DNA of 63,190 bases, filler included, from Dugesia japonica (lineage: Eukaryota), in the NCBI GenBank assembly GCA_001938525.1. It is 6 parts of 6 records of this genome, joined end to end, with 100 filler letters (N's around TTAATTAATTAA, not from the genome) between each part and the next. Parts side by side here need not be neighbours in the genome. Positions count along the whole stretch, not along the records: positions 1 to 12,218 come from MQRL01619394.1; positions 12,319 to 22,725 come from MQRL01592462.1; 4 more parts are not named here. The stretch is one strand, 5' to 3'. Within the stretch, counting starts at the first letter, position 1, and every line of letters starts with the position of its first letter. The notes beneath the pieces were generated by a model, which made no database searches, was not told the DNA's origin, and saw only the letters and a list, made by a program, of their open reading frames with translations. The position numbers and the translations under genes are program-made. Positions 1 to 12,812 of this stretch are shown here, in pieces.

Positions 1-922
1 AATATTAATTATAATATAAATTTAGTTTTCAATGATTAGACTGCTCCGTCTGTTTGTACACCGACAATTCCTGCCGAATTGGACAAGAAAACTGTTCCGT
101 ATCGGAAATTAATTATTTTAATTATAAATTTTATGAAACAATTTAGTATTTTAGGATATCATCAATAAAGAAATTATGAAGGGAAGAAGAAGAAGAAGAA
201 GAATAAGAAAATGAAGAAAATTAAAACAAAAATAAATAAAAAACAATGTGAACGAATATCAGCCCTCTTCAGGGCTACAATTGATGGTTGAATGCACGTT
301 GTGATATGATTTTTTTTTGAATATTATTTATTAGTTTTTTGTTAACTTTATTGATTTTTAGTTTTTGTAAAGTTTTTATTAGATTTTAGTTTTAGTTAGA
401 TTTAGTAAAGTTTTATTTATTTAGTTAAATTTATTAATTTTAACAGATTTTATGTATAGAGTTTTATTTAATCAGTTTTTGTTTTAGTTAGTTTTTATAT
501 TTAATAATAAGTTTTATTTAATAACTTGTTGTTTAATAAGTTGTTCTTATTTTATTTAATTTTAAACATTAAAACATGAACATGCGAACACACAAACATG
601 CAGTAAAACATTAGGAATGCAAATAAAACAATGACAAAACAATAGAGATGCAATGAAACAAAGCAACTATTGCAAAAATATTGAAAAATAAATAAATATA
701 CAATGAATCTAGATTATAAACGATTATAGACTATTATAGACGATATTGTAGAATATATAGATTCAATGTATCCTTTTCAAAATCACTTTATTTTAATTTT
801 TGACAATAAAAAAGGTATTAAAAACTAAATAATATATTTTAAAGATTTTTTAAACAATAAATTCCCCGTAATGTATTTGTTCATGATTATTTGTGTTGCA
901 TTCTAAATCTAAATAAATAAAT

Positions 923-1468
923 TCAATTTGAAATAAAAATAAATAAGTTACCTTTTTTATTAATAGTGCATTTATGTTGTTTTCCTAATGCAAATGATAA
1001 TGAATGCATTTTTATCATCAACTGTATATCTTCTATTACTTCTGGAGTCATGAAATTTAGATCCATGTTGAGAGCATTTGTTACTTTAATCTTGTCTTCT
1101 TCACAAATTTGATTTGCATAGGTAGGAGGATTTAAGTTCAAAAACGTTACCAAATTAGACATTTAAAAAGTTATATTTTCTAATTTCTGGTTAAATTCGA
1201 GTTTTTAATTATATTTTTCATTTTGAAAAATTACTAAGCTGTCCAAGAATTGAATTTCCAACAGCGCGTGCAGGCGAGTGGTTGCTTTCTTCAATTTACA
1301 CTGGTTCCAATATTTCTCATAATTTGTTGTTAAATGCCTGTTTTTTCTTGAAAAAATGAATGGGATACTTACATTTTCCTTATGTAATTCTTCTTCATTA
1401 TCCTTGTTGCAAATTTCGATTTCCTTGATCATTTCTTTTTGCTTTGTTGATAAATTGTTTAACGTCAT
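923..1468 (-). pseudogene. Two-exon subterminal Polinton gene of unknown function (exons 1468-1235 and 1186-923)
   Basis: A 48-bp GT..AG intron (1187-1234) joins ORFs 1205..1468 and 923..1162 in frame, leaving one stop. Motif LHALLEIQFLDSL recurs at about 47260-47300. Confidence 0.5.
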
Positions 1469-1685
1469 TTCGCGAAAATAATGTTTTGATTAATACAAAT
1501 TAGTCTTTATATATTGATGCATGTGTGTGTATGTTCTTTGTTTACACGATTGGTTGTTTGCTGGATTAGTTTTTCTTTGTTTTCATACGTATATGATTGG
1601 TTATATTTACATTTCTTATTTTATTGGATAACAAAATAGTATAAATTGCTAAAATTAATTTAATAATTTCATTATTTTCTAAGAA
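1469..1685. promoter_or_regulatory. Putative bidirectional promoter (CCAAT boxes, TATA-like boxes, E2F-like site)
   Basis: ATTGG at about 1549, 1597 and 1623; TTTATATA at about 1506 and TATAAAT at about 1640; TTTCGCGAAAA at 1468-1478; lies between divergent start codons. Confidence 0.45.
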
Positions 1686-2221
1686 ATGAGTGAACAAGTT
1701 GAAATTATCAGAAAAGTTGCTTCTCAACAAACTTCTCAAGAAGAAGAAGAAAAAGAACAGCAATTTTCCGATACTAAAAGTATGAATAAAGAAGATGTTG
1801 AAACAGATTTAGATATGATAGAAGAAGAAGAAGAAGATGTAACAATAGCAAAAGGGATTGACCTCTTGGAAACATCCTCAAATGTTTTTGATCAAGGTTT
1901 TATTTAATATATTTATTATATATTTATTTATATTTTTAAATTTCAGAACAATTTATTAAAATCTTAGAATACCTATATCCATCACTTAAATAAGACCTCG
2001 CATACTGTGAACCTGAAATGGTTGGGAACCGAATAAAAGAAATAACTTGAGTGGATATTGAAGATGCTACGGACACCTTTTATAAATATCATGACAATCA
2101 ATGCAGACAATGCTCAAGCAGAAGAAGACACCTTAAACGTAAATTTGTTAACATGTTAGTTAGTGACAGTAATAAAAAAGAAGAAAATGAATGTTTAAAT
2201 GTAATTTCGTTGGTATTATAG
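1686..2221 (+). pseudogene. Two-exon acidic subterminal Polinton gene with a C-terminal CxxC (exons 1686-1896 and 1947-2221)
   Basis: 50-bp GT..AG intron 1897-1946. The spliced frame continues DQEQFIKILEYLYPSLK*DLAYCEPE...HDNQCRQCSSRRRHLKRK with two stops. Confidence 0.5.
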
Positions 2222-2435
2222 TTTGATGTAATTTTTATTGATGTCAAATAAATTTTTTTAACTTGAATTTGTTTGTTTTCTTTATTAAAAAAAATTTTAA
2301 AAAAATAAAAAAAATTTTAAAAAAAAATTTGAAAAAAAATTTGAAATAAAAAATTAAAAAAGAAAAAATTAAAAAAATAAAAAAAAAGATCAAGAAAAAT
2401 TTTCTACTTCACCCTTCGGGAGTGGATAAGTTCGC

Positions 2436-2620
2436 CTGATCTAGAGAAACGATGAGTCACCCTGATCTAGAAAATTTTTTGAGTCATACTGGTCTAGAAA
2501 ACCGATGACTCGTGGTTATGAGTCATACTTATGAGTTATCGTCTTTGTCTTAGTCGTCGATGAGTCATACTTATGACTCATTGTCTTTGTTATAAATTTT
2601 CTTTGTCTGTGGGGAGGGGG
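2436..2620. promoter_or_regulatory. AP-1 motif cluster inside the terminal repeat
   Basis: Perfect TGA(G/C)TCA at 2453, 2480, 2519, 2561 and 2574, two near-matches, and three TCTAGA-containing repeats. Confidence 0.5.
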
Positions 2621-4755
2621 TTATCTAGTGCGCTACTATCTACCTACTCATAGTCCTGCTGAGTCCGGGAAAAGATGGATCGTGTTACATGAGAGAGTAA
2701 CATAAATTTCTGTGTTTATAGAAAATAGATTTGAAAGAAAAAACAGTGGAGATGGAGAGTGATAATGAAGATCAAAATAAATAATATGAAAACAACATCA
2801 AAAATTTAGCAACCCAATAGGAATTTTGGGGGCTTAGCTGGGAATATACTCATAATGAACTGATCACAGAAAAGCAGAATATCAGTTCATTATTATTATC
2901 GCATTTATTTAAGATTATTTAAAAGTAATAAATAAAATATTTAAATAATAATTAGTCTTGTGTGATATTCCTTTTATTTAATATTTCCTTTTATAGCTTT
3001 TATTAAATCTTCCGGTTTCAGATACAACTATCCTTTGTATGACTAATTAATCACTAACTGATACAAATCAGCATAATTAGTTTTGCCGTTCGCATTATTA
3101 GATACCCCTATAAAAAAGCAATAAAAATATTAAACCTTTTTTAATTATTTTTTTACTATAATATTTATTTTTGATAATTTTCTGTAAAGTCTAAATTATT
3201 AGAATATTCGAATAATCAAATATTTTAAAAAAAATTCTTTTCGCTATTCGAATAATTGAAAATCTTGAATAGTTGAAATGTCTAATACGACTTCATGTGC
3301 CTAAAAAGGTCATCCACTTAAATAATAAAAAAACAAAACAATTGTTATAAAAAAATTGTTTTTCCTAATTTATTCTCTTATTATTATTATAATAATAATA
3401 ATTATTATTATTATAATTATTTTATTAATTTATTTACAGTAATACTGTGACACTTGTCTATACTCTATACTCTTAGTACAGTATAATTATTTATTTTTTC
3501 TGATGTACCATACATTGTCTCCGTACTTTAAAGAATCAACTAATGACATCATTATTTAATACTTAGCGTCTTTGTTGTTTCATTTTAGTAAACAAAATCA
3601 AATATTTTTCAAAAATTTAAAACCCCCTTCCATATATTCCTGCTACGCTACTGAATAAAACTATTATAAATTTGAATGTATATATATATATATGCGTGTG
3701 TGTGTAAACATATAATTATATATAGAATATATAAATAGTATATTTGACGATTTTAATGCTTACAATCATTTAATTTAAACAATGTTATTTTAATTGTTAA
3801 TTAAATTAATTAATTCTTTTAATATTATAATAACAATTGATTGATAATAAAATGTTTTTATTCGAACTAGTAAAATTTTTCCACTTTAAAATAAATTAAC
3901 ACATATCGGATCATATTTTTAAATTCTTAATCCTGGGAACATTTTTGCTTCATAAATACATTTGATCATTTTGGATAATTCATGTAAATTAATCATAATC
4001 CTCAAATTATTGTCAATGCTAAGTGATTGTAATTGAAGATTCTGAATATTATGCTTTAAATCCTTTGGTTTTATCGGTTTCTTACATCCTATGATTGAGC
4101 TATATAAGTATATATATACCTCACTTACTCAGTGATATAACTCAATTACTCATTTAAATATATTTTACTTATTTACTCAGTAACGTAANNNNNNNNNNNN
4201 NNNNNNNNNNNNNNNNNNNNNNNNNNNNNNNNNNNNNNNNNNNNNNNNNNNNNNNNNNNNNNNNNNNNNNNNNNNNNNNNNNNNNNNNNNNNNNNNNNNN
4301 NNNNNNNNNNNNNNNNNAAGAATCATTAAAATAATTATTATTAATATTATTACTATTATTATTAATATAGTTATTATTAATATATTTATTTATTTATATA
4401 TTTATATTATTAATATATTTATTAATATAGTTATTATTAATATATTATTTTCTTTTTATCATTTGGCTCTTTTTAAATATAAGATTTATAACATACTCTT
4501 TTAGTACCATGTCTGCTATACAAAAATTACTGTGATAAATCAGTACATAATACTTTTTGCCATACTGTCATGGAAAAGTATTTTGGTTGTCGTTATAACA
4601 AGGTGGTATATTACATATGTCTCACATGCAACACATTAAGTATATGATTATACACATATTTCTATATGATTCATGCACATCATTTAATAGTATTTAATAA
4701 GAAAGCATTATTTTAAAAATTAATTACTAATTATATTCCACCGTGTAAGAAAATA

Positions 4756-7530
4756 ATGTAAGAGCCTGAGATTATGGATATTACCGATGATGCAACAGTG
4801 GTTAATATTGAGGTTTATTTTACTCCAGTTGTTGATCCGGTTGTCGATCTGACTGTTAATTCGGTTAATGATCAAACTGTAGATTTAAATAGTAATTATA
4901 TTGATTTTAATAAGGAAATATGTGATAAGGAAGCTGTTTTGAATAAGTTTCTACAAGAAAACCAAGTTAATCTCTTAATTTTGATGAACCAATTGTTGAG
5001 ACAGATTTACATAATTATTATCGAGTATTAAAATTAGATGTTTCTAATTATTATATGAGAGAAATAATGTTGACTGAAAAATTAATTGAAAATTTATTAA
5101 CTTTAATTAAAGAAATTAAAAATGTAAAAATTCAATTTAGTATTGAAGTTAAATTTGTTAAGGACAAGGAAGGTAAGATTTGTAGACTTTCAAATACGGC
5201 TGTTCCTTTGACTGATAACTTCTTTGATGATGAAGTTTATGATGAATACTCCAAAAGATTTAAAAGTTAAAAAGGCTAAAAGTCAAAGTAAAAAATACTG
5301 ATGATTTATGTTTCATTTAAAGTATTCTAGCTGTGATTAAGAGAGACATAGTAGACAAAAATCATAGGAATCGTGAGGAACAATTTAAGAAATATCTAGA
5401 ACTTATATTTGATCATACCGACATGCCAATGAGATTGGTTAATATTCAAAAATTTGAAATGGAAAACCCGGGACTTTCCATTAATATCTTATCTTGGAAT
5501 TCTGTTTCGGTTGACTATTGTGAGGAAGATGAGGCAGTAATAAAACATCCCAATTTGGATATAATTCATAAGAGTAAGGTTAAAGTGGGACAAAAAATAA
5601 ATTTTTTATTACTAGAAAATAACGATAAGTTTCATTACACTTCAGTAATGATTTAAATAGATTAATGAACCGGAATGTTAGAGATATTAAAACACAAATG
5701 CAAGCAATATGGTGTTCAAACTGCTGGAATGGTTTTAAAAATAAGACCGCGTTTGAGAAAACTGAACCACTTTGTGAAAGAATTCAAACTGGTTCTACAT
5801 TGTATAGAATGTCTGATAAGAAAGAGTTAATATGTAAGGATTACTATAAGATTATCATTCCTCCTTTCGTAATTTACGCTAATTTTGAATCAATTTTACC
5901 TAAAGATCCTAAATATTTTCAATGCCATGAACCGATTTTTGCTGGACTTTTACTAGTAAATACCTTTACTTGTGAAAATAAGTATCACTCTTTTATTGGA
6001 CGTGGTTGTATTTTCGAATTCTTGCAAATGATTGATGTAACTACAAATATCGTTTACCCATATTATATAAATAACAGTAAAAATACAATTATAATATTAT
6101 ACCTGGTGAGGAAAAAAGTTTTAAAGCATCGACTATTTACAATTTATGCAATAAATCGATAGTTAATCCAGTAAGAAACCACAATCATTTTACTGGTAAA
6201 TATATATGGCCTGCTTGTTTCAAATGTAATATAAGTAGGAAAATAAGGTTTGATCTTCCTGTTGTTTTTCATAATTTGAAGGAGTACGATCTCCATCATA
6301 TTTTCGAGTATGAACTTAGTAACTTTTCATATTGAGATATTTCTTGCATTCAACTTACTAGAGAAAAGTTTTTGAGTTTGACTGCACATATATATAAAAA
6401 TACTGTTAAATTTATAGAAATCTATAAATTTACTAATTCCTCTCTTAATGCTGCTGTTAAGACAATAAATTTAACCCCATTAACATCAAAGGAGTTTAAT
6501 GATAGTAAACTTATTAAGACTAAAGGGATTTTTCTGTATATCTTTGCAAAAGAAATTTACTACTTACACATCATTCAAAGAAAAACTATGTTATACATTT
6601 GAAACTACTTCAATTGTATTTACTAATTGGGGTTGAAGTGACTAAAATTTTTAGGGCTACGAAATTTGACCAAGATTAAATCTTTAAAGCTTATGTAGAT
6701 GCAAACACTCAATTAAGATCTGAAAGTAAAAATGAATTAGATAAAATTATTATAAACTACTCAATAATAGTCTTTACGGTAGGACTGTTGAAAATCTTAA
6801 AAAGACCTTGAATCTGCGTGTCTGTAATTCTATAAATAAGCTTGTGACCTATACTTCCAAACCGAGCTTTAAAAAAACGTTTAAAATCGACAAAGATCTG
6901 ATTGTTGTTTAACTTAATAAGGATTTTGTTTGGGTAGATCGTCCGAGTTACATTGAAAAACCTGTACTTGATTTTTCTAAGCTTAAAGTATATCAGCTTC
7001 AGCATATACATTTAGAAAAATATCGTAAGGAAGAAAATTATTGTATAAATATTGTTGCGGGCGACACAGATAGCTTCTTTCTAGAGGTTTAAGATATTAA
7101 ATTAGAGAAATTGTTATACTTAATGGTTATACTTAATAGGTTGTAAGACACGTCTAATTATAGTAAAAATCATCCACCTTTTGATAATGACTTGAATTAT
7201 GTTGTAGAAAAATTAAAAGATGAGTCCAAAGGCATAAGGTACAAGAAATGGATTTTTCTGAGACCAGAATGTTGCCGTCTCCCAAGCAAAAAAATGTCTA
7301 TAAAGGCTTAAGGTGTATCATTAAAAGGTACTTACATAAATCATCAGTCATACCTTGATTGTTATAATAATAATCAAAAGGTCTCAGTAAATCAATTTAG
7401 AATTTTTACTAAAGACCACACAATATATAGTTCTAATAATCAAAAGTAGCATTATCAAACACACACGATAAACGAGTATGGGTAGATAAAAATGTAAGTC
7501 TATCATACATACATTGTGAGATAGGACCTT
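4756..7530 (+). pseudogene. pPolB: Protein-primed family B DNA polymerase (Polinton pPolB), frameshifted and internally deleted
   Basis: Motifs VIYANFES (ExoI), RNHNHFTGKYIWPACFKCN (EndoVII/HNH-like), VFHNLKEYD (ExoII), KGIFLY, KLLNNSLYGRTVEN, GDTDSFF, HDKR. The DxNxLY motif region is missing near 6565. Collinear with the copy at 31835-34900. Confidence 0.93.
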
Positions 7531-7924
7531 TTAGTGAAGACAAATCAGAATCGGTTAACATATCTGTAGTCACCACAAAATTATTTATCAAATGGACAGG
7601 TTGGTAACAAGTTTCGAGAAGAAAAAGCTTTTCGAAAATTTTTACAAAATCTCAACAAAAAAATATTTTTTTCAAACATTTTTTCAAATTTAGAATGTTC
7701 TACCGGACTCCCATGAAAATTTCTATTATTTGAATTATTTAAACAAATTCGTCTTTTTCAATGAATTTTCGTAAACACTTCTACCCAATCAGACCAACCC
7801 GAGAAAATATTGTCCAAAATCACCCAAAAATCAACCTTCTCAATGAAATTCTTTTAAAATCTTCCGAAAATTTGAAAAATTTAAATAATTTGGTAAACTA
7901 TTCAAACAATTCGGTTTGAAAAAT

Positions 7925-8470
7925 GAACGTTTTGCTCATTTTCCAAAATAAGTAAATTCACGGTACGTCAATTTGTATTTTTCGATTGGAAAATAACATC
8001 CACATGTGAAGTTTTGTACAAAACTGCATCATCTTCTTCATCGATCAAATCATTAAATTTAAATACTGTGATGGAAAAATCGTTTTTCCTTTCAAATTTT
8101 GGAATATTGATGAGCTTCATCGGCATCTTCTACTCATCGTAAATCAACTCATTTAGGAAGCATTTATATTTTATGGACGCCAACGATGATCATATTTTAA
8201 TACTGACAGTATACTGTACAAGAAACATCTATTGTCCATATTGTGCACATTCACTATTGCATTGGATCTATGTAATGATCCAGGACTTTTCATTTCTTTT
8301 TTCCACTATTTTCTGTAAAAACACGTCTGAAAATTCCATGGCTTTGTATGACCATGGCCATTCCATAATCTCAATTGATCATTTTTATTTCCTACCTTTT
8401 CCAATTCGCGATGTATTTCAAATTGAACTTTACATTTTTGAAATTTTTAAAATTTTAGATTACATAAAAC
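7925..8470 (-). pseudogene. pPolB: N-terminal fragment of a further Polinton pPolB (not in the ORF track)
   Basis: Translates to KCKVQFEIHRELEK...ELIYDE*KMPMKLINIPKFERKNDFSITVFKFNDLIDEEDDAVLYKTSHVDVIFQSKN, aligning with ORFs 34522..34767, 34065..34274 and 5333..5656. Confidence 0.85.
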
Positions 8471-8539
8471 TGATAAAGATAATGTATTTCATGATTTATT
8501 TAGTAATATTTTTTAAAATAAAATGTAATATGATTATCA

Positions 8540-10610
8540 AGTAAAATTACATTGGAAAACAAAATATAATTATTTTTATTTAAAAAGAGAAGCCGATGTT
8601 TTAATGGAAGACTTATTTGAGATTTGATTTTATAAGCATAAGAACTTTATCTCTGAAAAAAATATAAAGTGGCAAGATCAGAAATCATGACTTTATAAAA
8701 ATTTTATCTCTGAAAAAAAAAATTTTTAAGAAGCAACTAAAAAATATAATAATAAAATGGCTTCTTATTCACCAGGTTATATAAATAAATTAATAATATT
8801 TTAAGCAATAACATTTTATAATCATTTATACTAGATTGTGATTTATCATGGTCTAAAGTATCTAATAATTTAAAAATATTAAAATAACTTGGTGAAAAAT
8901 ATCCAGGTTCAAGAATTTCATTTAATTTCCACATTTATCAAGAGAACAAAAAGATTATGATATTGATCATAATAAACATTATAAATTCAAAAATGCTCAA
9001 GCATCTTCTTTCATTAAAGTCTCGAGCAGGGCTCTGCGAGTAAATTTTATGTTTTTTTTTAGAAATTTAAAATAGTTATTATAAGAAATGTCTCAAACCT
9101 CTATAACAGAACAATAATTATTAAATTTAATTAATTCATCAAAATGTGAATCAATATTTGTAAATGGTAAAGATTATTAGAATGGTAAAAAAGCAAAAGA
9201 ATTAATTAAAATTTATTTAAAAGAAAATCCAAATTATGAAAAAGAAGGCAAAACTCTTCCACTATTAGCAGCTGCAATTCCATAAATTTTAGGAACAGCA
9301 GCTTCTACAGCTACAATTGCTGGTAGAGTTGCAACTGCAGTATGTAAATCAAGAGAAGTAATTTAACTAATAAATATAGTTAATTATCTACCTTACAAAT
9401 TAAAGAAAAAGAGATGGATATTAAAAGAAAACAAGAAGAATAATTAATAAAGAAAATTGATAAAGAAGTTAAACAAAGATTATCTAATAATAATTGTCTA
9501 ATAATAATGATTTGAAAAAAGAAGTAAGAAATTTTAAAGACTCTGTTAAAGAACCATATCTAGAGGTGCAACAACAGATTAAAAAACAAGAGTTTGAATC
9601 TCTGGAGTTTTAGCGACAGATTCTAGAGTTTAAAGAGAGATTAAAAATTTTAAATTAATAAATAAAGAATTACTAAACTTTGTTCAAGACTTTCTCGAGC
9701 AGAAAAAGATTTAAAAGATAACATTCCAAATCTAGTAAAAGATGTAAATGAATTGAAAAATAATAACCATGTAACTAAAGTTTTAAAAATTTTACCAATT
9801 TTATTAGATAATTCTAATGACTCTTAAAGAAAAAATTAAAACTTTAGTTGATAAACCAGGAAACAAGACCTCTTTACCTAATAAAAAAGTAGACATAGAT
9901 TCACATGTTTTAAAAAATATATTAGATTTATATAATAAAATTACAAAATATATTTGTATTAAATTAATAAAAATAATTGATAATTGATAATTGATAAAAT
10001 AATAATTCAAAATTAAATAAACAAAAATCACTTGGTAAAAATTATGATCCAATTTTATTAAATAATTTAAAATAATTAAATGATAATATTTTTTTAACAG
10101 CTGATATTAACAATTTTTTAGATGATTAAGTACTTGAAAATAAAATATTAAAATCTAAATTACTTTTTTATTAACTATGAAAGCAGAAATGGATTGTAAA
10201 GATAAAATTTTACCAAGTTTATTTTTATTAGAAAATAATATTAATTTAATTAAAATTAAAAGAAATGGAAATATAAAACGAGAATATTTTTATTTAAATA
10301 AACCTTTAGAATTATATTTTACATTAAATCCATTTGAACAAAAATTATATTTTGTTTTTCATGGATATTGTGATACATATTTTCAAATAAATATAATAAT
10401 TAATGGTATTAATAAAAGTTTTGAATATAATTTTAATAAAAGAAAAAAAAAGAATTTAAATTTTTAATAGAACATTATCAATTTCTAGCCAGTAGAAAGT
10501 ATTACATTAATATTACCTGAATTTATTTGTATTTATAATGTTATAATATTAAATACTGAAAGGGAAATATTAATTAAATTTGCACCACCAAGTATTTTAA
10601 TAAATTAAAT
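8540..10610 (+). other. Decayed virus-like coding region, probably from a different Polinton-like element
   Basis: Extremely AT-rich broken ORFs. Contains GKTLPLLAAAIP*ILGTAASTATIAGRVATAV at about 9246-9345, resembling the amphipathic tails at about 14845 and 39975. Confidence 0.35.
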
Positions 10611-10949
10611 TATTAATTTAAAAAGTGTCTACTAAAGAGAATTGTTAGCAAGACTTCACAAAGCACATTTACCCTGATTTGGATCCTTTGAGAGATTAAA
10701 TTTCTAATTTTCTATATCATTGTTATAATTTGTGGTTTGCAGGTTTCTTTTGTCTTACTATCAAAACCTGACAACCGTTTTCATTATTACTTTTTTGACA
10801 ATTGCATTGGCAAACACTATCACTTTTTAAAAAAGACAAAACTATATTTATCTGAAAATAAAAATTCTCAAATATGTTAATATCTTATGTTACCATGGTT
10901 TTCGTCTTTTTTCTTTGATTTTCCTACTCTTATTTTAACGATCATTGCT

Positions 10950-10950
<1 letters not shown>

Positions 10951-11018
<68 letters not shown>

Positions 11019-11106
11019 NNNNNNNNNNNNNNNNNNNNNNNNNNNNNNNNNNNNNNNNNNNNNNNNNNTAATAATAATAATAATAACAATAATAATAATA
11101 ATAATA
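10951..11106. repeat. (AAT)n microsatellite spanning a gap
   Basis: Direct reading. Confidence 0.95.
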
Positions 11107-12218
11107 ATGTTGGGGTCATGGGTGATATGGCTCAAAAAATATCTCACACACAACCCGCAAACTGGGATTTAAATACTCGTCCTGTGTGTATGTTGATGGC
11201 AGCCCTGGTGACTCTTGTCCAAAGTCAAGAGTGCATGAGTGCACCATCTGCGTGTAATTCGGATTCATTATGTATCGACGATAAAAGTCGTAAAGAAAGA
11301 AAAAATAAATTGTTCAATTATGCTATTTTACACACAATGTACACGAAATTCAAATGTGATTTTAATTAATTGTCATTGAAAAGATCCAAAAAAATCTTCC
11401 GGATCTTTCTTGGAGGAGAAGTTGCATAAGATGTTGATGGTTGAGAGTGTACTCTCTCGCTTAATTGTTTGTTTTCCATGCGGAGCCATTCCACCTCGGC
11501 CTCCAACTACCATAACTTCATACCCTGGGCTGTGTCCCTCCGGGTATACTCAATATTTTGGCTAGGGAGTTGGGTCATCTCGAACTCCAAAATTCCTATT
11601 TTTTCCTGAAAAGCTTGACAAGCTCTTGACCAATTTGTTGTGGTGGCTAACTGTCCATCAAAGCTAGCTGCGATTTGCACCTCTGCTCCAAAGGTTCAGC
11701 TTGGTCTGAGCTGGAACAGGTGCTGATTAGCCACGTTCTGTGGGGCATTTTCGTCCATGTCTAAAAGCAACAGATTAAATCATGCTTAATCTAGATTTCA
11801 TTATTCGTTAATGAAATAGGACTATCGTGAGTCTTAACAAAGATTTTGGAGAAGGTGTTTTTACGTTGCTATGTTGGCTCTCTGTTACTGATAAGTTAAT
11901 TAATAAAAAAATGGCAATAAGTTAAAACCCTATAGGGTATTGTGATAAAGAATGAAGAATAATATTTTATATATTTCAAAATTCAATGGTGGTATTATAC
12001 TAACACCAGTGGTTATAGAGGAATGATAATGTATCTGATTTTAATGACTATAATTTTAAAAGACAATGGATCTAATATTAATAAAATAAAGGTAAGATGA
12101 CTATATTAATAATCCCTATCGCTAAATAATAATATTAATGGTGACGACCAATACTAACAATATAAATAATTTAAAGGTAATAATAATCTTGGTAGTGGTA
12201 ATACGAATGATGATCTCA

Positions 12219-12318
12219 NNNNNNNNNNNNNNNNNNNNNNNNNNNNNNNNNNNNNNNNNNNNTTAATTAATTAANNNNNNNNNNNNNNNNNNNNNNNNNN
12301 NNNNNNNNNNNNNNNNNN
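12219..12318. other. Artificial scaffold spacer 44N-TTAATTAATTAA-44N
   Basis: The same 12-mer with stops in all six frames, flanked by N runs, recurs at 22770, 31646, 45663 and 54578. Confidence 0.9.
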
Positions 12319-12812
12319 TTAATAATAAATAAAAATAATGATAAATCGAACAATCAGTGATGATATATAACATCATAATAATCATGAACCGATATAAACA
12401 AAATAATCATTATTATTAGCATAAATCAGATCATGTGATGATTCGAAAATTATTTCTGTTCATAAAATTTATATTATTAGCATAACAATGAGATCATGTA
12501 CTTGTTTGAAAATTATTTCATTACATAAAATTAATTTTATATTTAATTATAAAACGTTTTTTAAATAAAAGTATTATCACATGTATAAATAATAAATAAT
12601 ATATTATTAATTAATCAAAAACGAAATTTGGCAAACATAACAAAAATTATTTTATTATTACAAATTAAGTTATCATACAACATATCATTGATAGTCATAC
12701 ATTATTTGCTTGATATCCATAAAGGAATCATAACGTGGCTATTATTCATTTGTTGAAAACCATTTAAAGCAATCTTGATACGACACTTTATTGATTTTGG
12801 CATTTTTTTCAA

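Larger units (their letters stand above)
880..2648. mobile_element. Right end of a Polinton/Maverick-like element (subterminal genes plus terminal repeat)
   Basis: Ends in GCGCTACTATCTACCTACT (2630-2648; reverse complement 5'-AGTAGGTAGATAGTAGCGC), matching termini at 23162, 31834 and 35141. Sequence from 2649 (CATAGTCCTGCTGA) matches an unrelated repeat at about 31406, which fixes the junction. The layout mirrors 35141-37622. Left boundary approximate. Confidence 0.7.

Noticed and set aside
1686-2221. LxCxE Rb-binding motif in the acidic subterminal protein
   Set aside because: The closest match, LAYCEPE, does not fit the spacing; none was found in the other subterminal ORFs.
8173-8544. 123-aa plus-strand ORF with CxxC
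   Set aside because: It is antisense to the pPolB fragment, which explains the sequence.
10877-11369. Poly-Ile/Asn/Tyr/Leu ORFs
   Set aside because: Translations of an (AAT)n microsatellite and an N gap.
12263-12274. TTAATTAATTAA as a biological motif or piggyBac target
   Set aside because: Always centred in 44N flanks; it is an assembly linker.
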